A stretch of 34,360 nt of DNA from Candidatus Nealsonbacteria bacterium (lineage in GTDB: Bacteria; Patescibacteriota; Minisyncoccia; Minisyncoccales; GWA2-46-15). The notes beneath the pieces are model-generated. The model saw only the letters and a list, made by a program, of their open reading frames with translations. It was not told the DNA's origin and made no database searches. Positions 9,221-17,781 of the stretch are shown here, piece after piece (the first letter of the stretch is position 1; every line of letters starts with the position of its first letter). Location of the stretch: positions 1 to 34,360 of the forward strand of contig JACQQI010000024.1 in the NCBI GenBank assembly GCA_016207115.1, written 5' to 3'. The position numbers were made by a program, and so were the translations under genes.

Positions 9221-10690
9221 CTACGTGACCCAGTATTTTTCTTTGGTCATCTCGTCTCTCTTCTGCTCGATTTGTTCTTTGCCCTTCTCGGCTTCCCGGG
9301 CCAGAGCGTCCAACTCTTTATCGGAAAGGCGGCCGAGCCGGACGACTTCTTTCCGCAAGGCCTCTTTTTTGTTCTTCTTTGGATCCTCCAGAATCTGTCC
9401 TAAAAGAATGTCGAGGATCTGTCCCACCTTCGGGCTCGGTGAGATTTTCAGGATTTCCATAACGTCGTGGCCGTTGACTTTGAGCATTTTGGCAGAAATG
9501 GGATCGGTTGAAACTCTCGCCATCAGATAGCGCAGATGGCGCAACTTATAGGGCTCGGCTTTGGGCACGCCCGATCCGATCCGGTCGGCATAACGCACCT
9601 GCAAAAGTTCCTCGATGTTTTCCGGACCGGCGTTGCGCAAAAGCCTTCGGACCGAACTCTCGCCAACTTCGCCGACATTATAATAGAAAAGGTGGTAGCG
9701 GACAAGCCGGACGACTTTGACGCTCAGGTCGCGCGGCAGCCGCAAACGTTCCAAAATCTTGGCCGTCAGGCGGGCGCCGACGATTTCGTGCCCGTAGAAA
9801 GTCGCTTCGGGTCCCTCGCCCTTTTTGACTCGGGGCTTGGCGATGTCGTGAAAAAGCGCGGCCAGCCTCACGGCTAAGTTAAAATTCTTGGTGGCGGCGT
9901 ATTTTAGAGAGAAAAGATTGTGTTCGTAACAGTCATAGATGTGGTGTTTGTTTTGGCCGCAACCAACGCCCTCTTCGAGTTCGGGCACCACATATTTCAA
10001 AAGTCCCAGGCGGCGCAAAAGTTCGACGCCGTCGGCCGCTTTTTCTGATTCGATGATTTTGACAAACTCGTCGCGGATTCGCTCGATAGAGATCAACTTG
10101 AGAAGGGGGGCGTTTCGGACGATCGCCGCGCGGGTTTTTTCTTCCAGGCTGAATTTCAGAACCGTGGCCAATCTCACTGCCCGCATCAATCGCAAGGCGT
10201 CTTCAGAAAATCGGTCGTTCGGATTGCCCGCCGCCCGAACGATCTTCTTCTTCAAGTCCGCCTGACCAGAGAAAGGATCAATGATTTCCGGGCTCTTGGC
10301 GCCCACCCCTTTTCTCAGTTTTAGGGCGATGGCATTAATGGTAAAGTCTCTCCGGGCCAGATCCTCCTCCAGCGTTTGGGCAAAGTTGATTTCGTCGGGA
10401 TGTCTTTTGTCGCTGTACTTGGCCTCCGAGCGAAAAGTGGTGATTTCAATCTCTTTGAGCTTGGGGTCTTTGCTCTGGGTTTGAACCGTCACCGTCAAAA
10501 ACCGATTTTCGTAAAAGTTGTCGGGAAAAATCTTTTGGATCTGCTCTGGGACCGCCGAGGTGGTCACGTCCCAGTCATTGGGTTCCCGGTCCTGCAGAAA
10601 ATCACGGGCGCAACCACCGACGACATAGGCCTCAAAACCCGCTTTCTCCAGCTTATTGATGATTGATTTGACCTCTTTGGGGATTAACAT
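9221..10690 (-). CDS. cca: CCA tRNA nucleotidyltransferase with HD domain
   Basis: YVVGGCARD, DWDVTT, DLARRDFTINA, EDALRLMRA, LFHDIAKP. Confidence 0.92.
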   Translation of the reverse strand: MLIPKEVKSIINKLEKAGFEAYVVGGCARDFLQDREPNDWDVTTSAVPEQIQKIFPDNFYENRFLTVTVQTQSKDPKLKEIEITTFRSEAKYSDKRHPDEINFAQTLEEDLARRDFTINAIALKLRKGVGAKSPEIIDPFSGQADLKKKIVRAAGNPNDRFSEDALRLMRAVRLATVLKFSLEEKTRAAIVRNAPLLKLISIERIRDEFVKIIESEKAADGVELLRRLGLLKYVVPELEEGVGCGQNKHHIYDCYEHNLFSLKYAATKNFNLAVRLAALFHDIAKPRVKKGEGPEATFYGHEIVGARLTAKILERLRLPRDLSVKVVRLVRYHLFYYNVGEVGESSVRRLLRNAGPENIEELLQVRYADRIGSGVPKAEPYKLRHLRYLMARVSTDPISAKMLKVNGHDVMEILKISPSPKVGQILDILLGQILEDPKKNKKEALRKEVVRLGRLSDKELDALAREAEKGKEQIEQKRDEMTKEKYWVT

Positions 10691-10697
10691 CGGTTTA

Positions 10698-10726
10698 ATC
10701 TTAGCTTAAAACCCGGTTAACTTCAA
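10698..10726 (-). promoter_or_regulatory. sigma70 promoter of cca, probably giving a leaderless mRNA
   Basis: TTGAAG-N17-TAAGAT-N7-ATG. Confidence 0.55.
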
Positions 10727-10749
10727 TTGATAAAATGACCGATTTGTTT

Positions 10750-10786
10750 TATAACGAATACGATATATCGAGCTATCGCCCGCTAT
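10750..10786 (+). repeat. Repeat family B copy
   Basis: TATAACGAATACGATATATCGAGCTATCGCCCGCTAT. Confidence 0.8.
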
Positions 10787-10800
10787 GGTTAAGGCAGTTC

Positions 10801-10872
10801 GCCCCCGTGGTGAAATGGATATCACGCGACGCTTCGGACGTCGAAGTCCGGGTTCGAGTCCTGGCGGGGGCA
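10801..10872 (+). tRNA. tRNA-Arg (TCG)
   Basis: GCCCCCG/CGGGGGC acceptor; anticodon arm CGACG-CTTCGGA-CGTCG. Confidence 0.95.
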
Positions 10873-10938
10873 CAATTAAGTTTCAGATAAAAACTGCTAT
10901 ACTTAAGATAGGGTGATAAAATTTTAACGTCTTAGCCC

Positions 10939-11364
10939 ATGAAGAAAATATTAATCCTCGCTTCCCTGGCCCTCGTCATCGCCCCGCCGGTGCTGGCGGC
11001 TGGCCTAGTACCTTGCGGCTACGATATAGACGGCAATGGTATCTATGACCCAATTAATGAAAGTTGCAAGCTCTGTCATTTCTTCGTCATGGTCGACGGA
11101 ATCATTGATTTCGTTCTCTTTACCCTCGTGCCGCCCTTGGCGGTCTTGATGTTCGTCGTTGGCGGCGGCATGTTCATTCTAGGATCTGGCTATGACCCCA
11201 GTTTGATCACTAAGGGTAAATCGGTCATGGTTTCAACCGCCATTGGTCTCCTGATCACTTACGGTTCCTGGGTTTTCGTCAACACTTTTTTTGTCTTGAT
11301 CGGTTTAGCCAACACCAACCTCGGCGCCAGAATCAGTCAATGGTTTGTCTTTCCTTGTCCCTAA
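10939..11364 (+). CDS. T4SS pilin-like (TrbC/VirB2-type) membrane protein
   Basis: Signal peptide, GLVPCG...CKLC, two TM helices joined by a G..F..S.....KGK loop, G.....SW..VN. Confidence 0.7.
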   Translation: MKKILILASLALVIAPPVLAAGLVPCGYDIDGNGIYDPINESCKLCHFFVMVDGIIDFVLFTLVPPLAVLMFVVGGGMFILGSGYDPSLITKGKSVMVSTAIGLLITYGSWVFVNTFFVLIGLANTNLGARISQWFVFPCP

Positions 11365-11369
11365 ACGGA

Positions 11370-11876
11370 ATGAAAATAGCGATTGTTTCTGATAGTCACG
11401 ACAACTGGACCACAACAGAAAAGGCTTTGCGATGGCTCAAGAAAAAAAGGGTCGGCTCCCTGATCCATTGCGGCGACGTCTGTTCTCCCTCGATGCTCAA
11501 AGAGATGAGCCGCCTTTTCCGAGGCGAAATTCATTTGGTTTTCGGCAATGTTGACGGCGACCCGTATTCAATGCTTAAAGCTAAGGAGAAGGGAGAGCTG
11601 CCGAATGTTGTTTTTCACGGCGATGCCGGAGAACTGAACGCCGGAGGTAAAAAAATGGCCTTCTGTCACAAGCCCCTGCCGGCTCAAGGGCTTTCGCTTT
11701 CGGGAAAGTATGACTTGGTTTTTTACGGCCATACCCACCAACCCTGGGAAGAAAAAGTGGGGAACTGCCGGGTGGTGAACCCGGGGACTCTCGCCGGCCT
11801 GTTTAGTAAAGCCACTTTTGCCGTCTACGACACCAAAACTGATAAGTTAGAGTTGAAGCTCGTCGAAAAACTGTAA
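11370..11876 (+). CDS. YfcE/MJ0936-family metallophosphoesterase
   Basis: SDSHDN, HCGD, GNVD, GHTH, VNPG motifs. Confidence 0.9.
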   Translation: MKIAIVSDSHDNWTTTEKALRWLKKKRVGSLIHCGDVCSPSMLKEMSRLFRGEIHLVFGNVDGDPYSMLKAKEKGELPNVVFHGDAGELNAGGKKMAFCHKPLPAQGLSLSGKYDLVFYGHTHQPWEEKVGNCRVVNPGTLAGLFSKATFAVYDTKTDKLELKLVEKL

Positions 11877-11877
11877 C

Positions 11878-11953
11878 GCCCCCATAGCTTAATTGGCAAA
11901 GCAACTTCCTCTTAAGAAGATGAGTCCTGGTTCGAGTCCAGGTGGGGGCACCA
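11878..11953 (+). tRNA. tRNA-Lys (CTT)
   Basis: GCCCCCA/TGGGGGC acceptor; loop CTCTTAA; CCA encoded. Confidence 0.93.
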
Positions 11954-11956
11954 AAA

Positions 11957-13252
11957 CTAAACTAATTTCCCCTCGAGTTCGAATTCTCGGGCTTTGAGGA
12001 TTTTTACGTTGACGAACCCACCGACAAGGCTTTTTTGAGATCTGAACCGGACGGTCTTATAGTTTCGGGTTTTGCCCAAACACTCTTTCTTTCTCGCTGA
12101 CCAGGCATCGACCAAAACTTCCAGGGTCCGGCCAACTTCTTTGAGTAAATTCTCTCTGGCTGTTTTTCTTAGAAGTCGAGTGAGTTTTTCGAATCGGGCT
12201 TTTTTGACTTTGGCCGGCACGTCATCCTTCATCAGTTTTTGGGCCAGCGTCCCGGGCCGGGGCGAATACTGAGCGATAAAAGCCATGGTGGGTCTTATCC
12301 GGGCAAAAATCCGATAAGTGTTCTGGAATTGTTTTTCCGTTTCACCGCAGAAGCCGATGATAATGTCGGTGGAAAAGCTGAAGTCGGGGATCTCTTTTTC
12401 GGCTCGATTCAGGACCGCGAGGTATTCGGTTACCGAATAGCGACGGTTCATCCGTTTCAAAATGGCGTCGTCGCCGGACTGCAGCGGTAAGTTGAGGTAG
12501 CGACTGACTTTTCGGGCGCGGGCCAAAAAAATGATTAGCTTTTCGTCGAAGTCTAAAACGTAAGGCGAGGCAAACCTCAGCCAGAATTGGCCGGGCATCT
12601 TTTCTATCTCTCGCAAGAGATTCAAGAATCGATAGCTTGGTTTTTGGGGATCTCGCCAGCTGGAAACGGTCTGGCCCAAAAGGGTGATCTCTCGATAGCC
12701 TCGCTCGACCAGTTTTTTGACCTCTTTTAAGATGTCTTTGGCTGCCCGATCGATTTCCAGGCCGCGAGTATAAGGAACGGCGCAGTAGGTGCAAAAGCGA
12801 TCGCAGCCGAAAGAAATCGGCACCAGGGCAGAAAATTTACTTTGCGGCCGAGGTTCGATTTTAAAATAATCGATGCCTTCCTGACGCGGAACGGAAACCT
12901 TACTCCTCTCTAAGTTCTGTAAGCGCCGGGGCAAACCACGCAAGTCGCGGATATCCAAAAGTAAATCAAAAATGGCGGCAAATCCCCGGCGATCTTTCGG
13001 CAAAACGCAGCCGGTGACGACAACTTTTAGTTTAGGGTTTTTATTTTTTAGTTCTCTGATATTTCCCGCCTGGCCATAGATTCGATCGATGGCTGACTGC
13101 CGAACCGAACAGGCGTTGAAAACCAAGAGGTCGGGGACTTGGTTTTTTACCGCCGGTCGAAAATTCAGATTTTCCAAGGTCGCCGCCAGCCTTTCCGAAT
13201 CGGAACGGTTCATGGCGCAGCCATAAGTGACGATCTTGTAGTATTTTTTCAC
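11957..13252 (-). CDS. miaB: Radical-SAM tRNA methylthiotransferase MiaB
   Basis: TYGCAMNRSDSE, NACSVR, GCDRFCTYCAVPYTRG, C-terminal TRAM domain; GTG start. Confidence 0.88.
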   Translation of the reverse strand: MKKYYKIVTYGCAMNRSDSERLAATLENLNFRPAVKNQVPDLLVFNACSVRQSAIDRIYGQAGNIRELKNKNPKLKVVVTGCVLPKDRRGFAAIFDLLLDIRDLRGLPRRLQNLERSKVSVPRQEGIDYFKIEPRPQSKFSALVPISFGCDRFCTYCAVPYTRGLEIDRAAKDILKEVKKLVERGYREITLLGQTVSSWRDPQKPSYRFLNLLREIEKMPGQFWLRFASPYVLDFDEKLIIFLARARKVSRYLNLPLQSGDDAILKRMNRRYSVTEYLAVLNRAEKEIPDFSFSTDIIIGFCGETEKQFQNTYRIFARIRPTMAFIAQYSPRPGTLAQKLMKDDVPAKVKKARFEKLTRLLRKTARENLLKEVGRTLEVLVDAWSARKKECLGKTRNYKTVRFRSQKSLVGGFVNVKILKAREFELEGKLV

Positions 13253-13331
13253 GCTCTTTCAAAAAAAGTCTATTAATGCTAAGATAAATGATACCCGAAT
13301 TTAGATAAAATGTAACGTCGCCATTTAACCC

Positions 13332-13598
13332 ATGTTAACCCCCGAAGAAAAACAGAAGGTTATCGCCAAAGCCAAGCTTCACGACAAAGACACGGGCTCG
13401 CCCGAGGCTCAGATTGCCCTTTTATCGGAAGAAATCGACCGGCTGACTCTTCATCTCAAAAAACACCCGAAAGATTTTGCCTCGAAAAGAGGGCTTTTGA
13501 AAATGGTCTCGAAAAGAAAAAGCCTCCTGGCTTATCTCAAAAACGAAGATGAAAAAAGATATAATGAAACCGTCAAGAGAATCGGGCTGGGAGACTAA
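13332..13598 (+). CDS. rpsO: 30S ribosomal protein S15
   Basis: DTGSPEAQIALL, HLKKHPKD, RGLLKMV. Confidence 0.98.
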   Translation: MLTPEEKQKVIAKAKLHDKDTGSPEAQIALLSEEIDRLTLHLKKHPKDFASKRGLLKMVSKRKSLLAYLKNEDEKRYNETVKRIGLGD

Positions 13599-14109
13599 AA
13601 CCCCCAGCGCGATTAAACATGCCGAACAACGGATTTTGGTTTTATTTGACGTCCAAAATCTCTACCATTCGGCCAAAAATCTCTACGGCGCCCGCGTCAA
13701 TTTCGCCAGCATCTTAAAAACGGCGGTGGCCCAAAGGAGATTGATTCGTGCCTTCGGCTATGTGGTTCGGACAAAAACGGGCGAAGAAAAGCCCTTTTTC
13801 GAAGCTCTGACCAAGCTGGGCATTGAGACCCGGGTCCGGGATTTACAAGAATTCTACGGCGGACTCAAAAAAGCGGATTGGGACGTGGGCATCGTCATTG
13901 ATGCCATCCGCAGCGTTCATAACTACGACGTCATTTGTCTTTGCTCCGGCGACGGCGACTTCATCCCTTTGCTCGAATATCTGGAGAACCAGGGTAAAAG
14001 GACTGAAGTCATTGCCTTCGGCCGCTCGGCTTCGGCCAAATTGAAAGAAATTGCCGATGAGTTTATCGACCTGGGCACTTCTCCAGAAACCTACTTGTTA
14101 AGAAAATAA
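13564..14109 (+). CDS. NYN domain (LabA/DUF88, PIN-like) protein
   Basis: FDVQNLY, KADWDVGIVID, SGDGDF, ADEFID; start uncertain because both ATGs overlap rpsO. Confidence 0.88.
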   Translation: MKPSRESGWETKTPSAIKHAEQRILVLFDVQNLYHSAKNLYGARVNFASILKTAVAQRRLIRAFGYVVRTKTGEEKPFFEALTKLGIETRVRDLQEFYGGLKKADWDVGIVIDAIRSVHNYDVICLCSGDGDFIPLLEYLENQGKRTEVIAFGRSASAKLKEIADEFIDLGTSPETYLLRK

Positions 14110-14144
14110 GCAGGGCTTAGCTTTCTCGCTTCGCTCGAAAGTAA
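14107..14144 (+). repeat. Repeat family A copy; its first TAA is the NYN stop codon
   Basis: TAAGCAGGGCTTAGCTTTCTCGCTTCGCTCGAAAGTAA. Confidence 0.7.
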
Positions 14145-14173
14145 ATTTAACAATTAAGTTGATTAATTAGGCT

Positions 14174-16330
14174 ATGAATTCAGAGAAATTCACATTAGAA
14201 CTGGGGGGTCGAGAGCTGAGTCTGGAAATTAAGGATCTCGCCGAGCAGGCTTCGGGCAGCATTTTTGTCCGCTACGGCGATACGGTGGTTCTGGCCACGG
14301 CCTGCCTGTCGCCTAATTCGTCCTCGTCTCAGGGGTTTTTCCCTTTAACCGTCGATTACGAAGAGAGGTATTATGCGGCGGGCAAAATCAAAGGACCCCG
14401 CTATATCAAGAGAGAAGGTCGGCCTTCAGACAAGGCCATTTTAAATGCCAGATTGATCGATCGGACCATTCGGCCGCGCTTTCCGAAAAATCTTTTTCGT
14501 GAAGTCCAGGTCGTGAACACGGTCCTTTCTTGGGACGGACAGAACGACCCCGATACCATCGGCATCATCGCCGCCTCGACGGCTCTTTGTCTTTCCAATA
14601 TCCCCTGGCAAGGACCTCTGGCCGCCGTTAAGGTTGGCCGAACTGGTGGCGAATTCGTTCTCAATCCCACGGCCGAACTGGAAGAGAAAAGCGAATTTCA
14701 GCTGATCATTGCCGGTGACTTTGACGATAACGACCAGTTGATCGTCAACATGTTGGAAGGCGAAGCTTCCGAGGTTAGCGAAGATCATATCGTCGGCGCC
14801 GTCGAATTCGCTCGGCCCTATCTAAAAAAGATTGTGGACTTCCAAAAAGACGTTATCCGAAGCCACGGCCGGCCCAAAACCGAGCTCAAAGAAAGCCAGG
14901 TCGATCTCGAATTGGCCGGGAAAGTCAGAGAGTTTCTCAAGGATAAGATCGAAATCATCCTTTTCCAACCCGACAAAGCTCAGCGCCAGGAACAGGAAGC
15001 GATTCTCAAGCAAGAGTTAAACGAGTTTATCAAAGAAAAGTACCCGGGCCAGGAAAACAGTCGCCATCTTCCTCTTCTCTTTGACGAAGAGGTTGACCGG
15101 GTCATGACGGAAAATATCCTGAAAAACGGGAAAAGGCCGGACGGCCGGAAACCCGATGAGTTGAGGTCGATCTCCGGCGAGGTCGGCGTCTTGCCTCGAA
15201 CGCACGGCACCGGACTCTTTCGCCGCGGCCAAACCAAGGCTCTTTCCATCTTGACTCTGGGCGCTCCCGGGGACCAGCAAATCCTGGAGGGCATGGAGAT
15301 CACCGGCAAAAAACATTTCATGCTCCACTACAATTTTCCGCCCTATTCGGTGGGAGAGATAAAACCCATGAGGGGACCGGGCCGCCGGGAAATCGGTCAC
15401 GGCATGCTGGGCGAAAGAGCTCTTTTGCCCGTGGTGCCGACGACGGACAAATTTCCCTACACGATCCGAGTGGTTTCGGAGATTCTTTCTTCCAACGGCT
15501 CGACTTCGATGGCCTCAATTTCCGGCGCCTCCCTGGCTCTGATGGACGCGGGAGTGCCCATCAAGGCTCAGGTGGCTGGCATCTCTGTCGGCCTCGCCCT
15601 GGACGAAAAAACCGGGGAGTATGTTCTCCTGACCGACATCCAGGGGCCCGAGGATCATCACGGCGACATGGACTTCAAGGCCGCCGGAACGAGACAGGGC
15701 CTCACCGCCCTGCAAATGGACGTTAAGGTCGGGGGCATCACTCAAGAAATTCTCGCCCGGGCTTTGGTTCAAGCCAAAAAGGCCCGTTTCGAAATCTTGG
15801 ACGTCACCGAGAAAGTCATCTCCGAACCCCGAAAAGAACTTTCTCCCTACGCGCCGCGCATCCTCACTCTGCAAATCAATCCCGAGAAGATTCGGGAAGT
15901 GGTTGGACCGGGCGGCAAGGTCATCAACGAAATCGTCGCCCAGACCGGAGCGGTCATCGACATCGAACAAAGCGGCCTGATTTTCATTACTTCTGAAAAC
16001 GAAGCTTCGGCTCAAAAAGCCCTGGAATGGATTAAAAATATCACCCACGAGGTGAGCGTCGGGGAAACCTTTAAAGGCAAGGTCTCTCGGATCTTTAATT
16101 TTGGCGCCATGGTCGAATTTCTGCCCGGCCAAGAAGGCTTGGTCCACATTTCTGAACTAGCCAATTACCGCGTGAATAAGGTTGAGGACATCGTAAAAAT
16201 CGGCGACGTCATTCCGGTTAAAGTCATCTCGATCGACCAACAGGGGAGAATCAACCTTTCTCTAAAGCAGATGTTAAGTAAAAACGACAATGGAGGAGAA
16301 ACTCGCTTTCCTAAAACGGGCCGAGATTAG
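14174..16330 (+). CDS. pnp: Polyribonucleotide nucleotidyltransferase
   Basis: FFPLTVDYEE, RREIGHG, SNGSTSMAS, DHHGDMDFK, KH and S1 domains. Confidence 0.98.
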   Translation: MNSEKFTLELGGRELSLEIKDLAEQASGSIFVRYGDTVVLATACLSPNSSSSQGFFPLTVDYEERYYAAGKIKGPRYIKREGRPSDKAILNARLIDRTIRPRFPKNLFREVQVVNTVLSWDGQNDPDTIGIIAASTALCLSNIPWQGPLAAVKVGRTGGEFVLNPTAELEEKSEFQLIIAGDFDDNDQLIVNMLEGEASEVSEDHIVGAVEFARPYLKKIVDFQKDVIRSHGRPKTELKESQVDLELAGKVREFLKDKIEIILFQPDKAQRQEQEAILKQELNEFIKEKYPGQENSRHLPLLFDEEVDRVMTENILKNGKRPDGRKPDELRSISGEVGVLPRTHGTGLFRRGQTKALSILTLGAPGDQQILEGMEITGKKHFMLHYNFPPYSVGEIKPMRGPGRREIGHGMLGERALLPVVPTTDKFPYTIRVVSEILSSNGSTSMASISGASLALMDAGVPIKAQVAGISVGLALDEKTGEYVLLTDIQGPEDHHGDMDFKAAGTRQGLTALQMDVKVGGITQEILARALVQAKKARFEILDVTEKVISEPRKELSPYAPRILTLQINPEKIREVVGPGGKVINEIVAQTGAVIDIEQSGLIFITSENEASAQKALEWIKNITHEVSVGETFKGKVSRIFNFGAMVEFLPGQEGLVHISELANYRVNKVEDIVKIGDVIPVKVISIDQQGRINLSLKQMLSKNDNGGETRFPKTGRD

Positions 16331-17327
16331 GACGATGGCCAAAGACCTGGCCCGCCTACAAGAAACGCAGGCTTTGCAAGAGAAAGAAAGGATCAGTCAG
16401 CTGCGAATTGACGAAAGACTCAAAAAAGAAGCGACGGCCAGGGAAAAAATCGCCAGCACCATGATTCCCAAGGCGCCGGCGACCGAGGAGATAATTCCAC
16501 GACCGCCGTCGCCAAAAAGAGAGCCGGGGGAATCGTTGTTGCCGCAGGCCCGGAAACCATCGGCCCTGGAAAAAGTCCTCGTCCGCCTCCTTCTCGTCCT
16601 TCTCTCTCTCGGCTTTTTTCTTGTCGCCACTTTCGGCTATTGGTTTTTCTTTATCAAGAAGAAAGGCGTCCAACCCTCCGTCTCGCCCAGCCCATCTTCT
16701 TCGCCCGTGGCGTCGGTGACGCCTCCTTCGGAACCTCCTCCAATAGAAAATGGCGTTCCGCCCACGCCCATTTTAGAGGTCAAAGAGATAAAAATCCTGC
16801 GGCTGACTCCCGAAAAGAGCCTGAAGCTTCTCCTGTCCGAGTCGTTGATCAATGTTTTGCCTTCGGGCGCTAATCCAGAATTCTTCGAGCTCGCTCCCCT
16901 AAAAGACGGGCATTTTCTTAATTTCTCCGAGACCCTGGCCGAGCTCGACGTCAAGGTGCCGGTTGGTTTTTCGGAGATGGTTTCCGAAAAAGACGCGGAC
17001 TTTGATCTTTTTCTCTACGCCAAAGGAGCCGGCGAGCAGAGACTGGGCTTCGTCGTCAAATCAAAGGACCCGAGCGGAGCGGCCGCAATGCTCCGGGGTT
17101 GGGAAAAAACCATGGAAGGTGACTGGGCCGAACCCCTGAGGATCGTCGGCAAAGAAAAAGAGTCGCTGACCACGGCTTTCAGGCAGTCCAATTATGGCGG
17201 CATCTTCTTCCGTTATCTCTCTTCCCAGGAAAAGAATCTCGGCATCTCCTGGTCGATCCTCGGAGATAATCTCATCATTACCTTCTCAGGAGAAAGCATT
17301 ATGAAAACCATCGATCTTTTACGTTAA
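16290..17327 (+). CDS. Hypothetical single-TM protein with Pro/Ser linker and external domain
   Basis: 345-aa ORF; IRTMAKDL N-terminus, TM around aa 97-122; overlaps pnp by 41 nt. Confidence 0.75.
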   Translation: MEEKLAFLKRAEIRTMAKDLARLQETQALQEKERISQLRIDERLKKEATAREKIASTMIPKAPATEEIIPRPPSPKREPGESLLPQARKPSALEKVLVRLLLVLLSLGFFLVATFGYWFFFIKKKGVQPSVSPSPSSSPVASVTPPSEPPPIENGVPPTPILEVKEIKILRLTPEKSLKLLLSESLINVLPSGANPEFFELAPLKDGHFLNFSETLAELDVKVPVGFSEMVSEKDADFDLFLYAKGAGEQRLGFVVKSKDPSGAAAMLRGWEKTMEGDWAEPLRIVGKEKESLTTAFRQSNYGGIFFRYLSSQEKNLGISWSILGDNLIITFSGESIMKTIDLLR

Positions 17328-17344
17328 AAAATAAATCGTATCGT

Positions 17345-17701
17345 ATGGAGAAAAATTTTGTCGAAAAAATGAAGGAGCAGCTGGAAAAAGAAAAGAAGGT
17401 TTTAGAAAAGGAGTTGCAGGGTTTTGCCGAAAAGAACAAACAAGCTAAGAGTGATTGGGATACTCATTTCCCCAACTTTCACGGCAGCAGCCTCGAGGAA
17501 GAAGCCGATGAGGTAGAAGAATACGTCAACCTACTACCGGTGGAAAGGGCGCTGGAAGCCCGATTGAGCGAAATTAATCTGGCTCTCGAAAGAGTCCAAC
17601 AGGGGAAATATGGTCTTTGCGAAAAATGCGGTCAGGCGATTGCCGCGCCCAGACTCGAAACCATACCCGAGGCCCGGACTTGCGACAAGTGTCCGAATTA
17701 A
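17345..17701 (+). CDS. TraR/DksA C4-type zinc-finger protein
   Basis: Coiled coil followed by YGLCEKCG...RLETIPEARTCDKC. Confidence 0.9.
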   Translation: MEKNFVEKMKEQLEKEKKVLEKELQGFAEKNKQAKSDWDTHFPNFHGSSLEEEADEVEEYVNLLPVERALEARLSEINLALERVQQGKYGLCEKCGQAIAAPRLETIPEARTCDKCPN

Positions 17702-17724
17702 AAAACGGCGCTCGGCGGCACCGT
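17699..17724 (-). terminator. Probable terminator of the LysM-M23 gene
   Basis: ACGGTGC-N6-GCGCCGT followed by TTTTT on the minus strand. Confidence 0.5.
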
Positions 17725-17762
17725 ATAGCGGGCGGAACGCCCGATATATCGTACTCGCTATA
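17725..17762 (-). repeat. Repeat family B copy between convergent genes
   Basis: TATAGCGAGTACGATATATCGGGCGTTCCGCCCGCTAT. Confidence 0.85.
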
Positions 17763-17781
17763 AATTCTGGATCGGAGTCTT

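Noticed and set aside
11957-13252. MtaB call suggested by the adjacent tRNA-Lys
   Set aside because: The N-terminal motif GCAMNRSDSE is MiaB-like, not the GCKVNQYE type.
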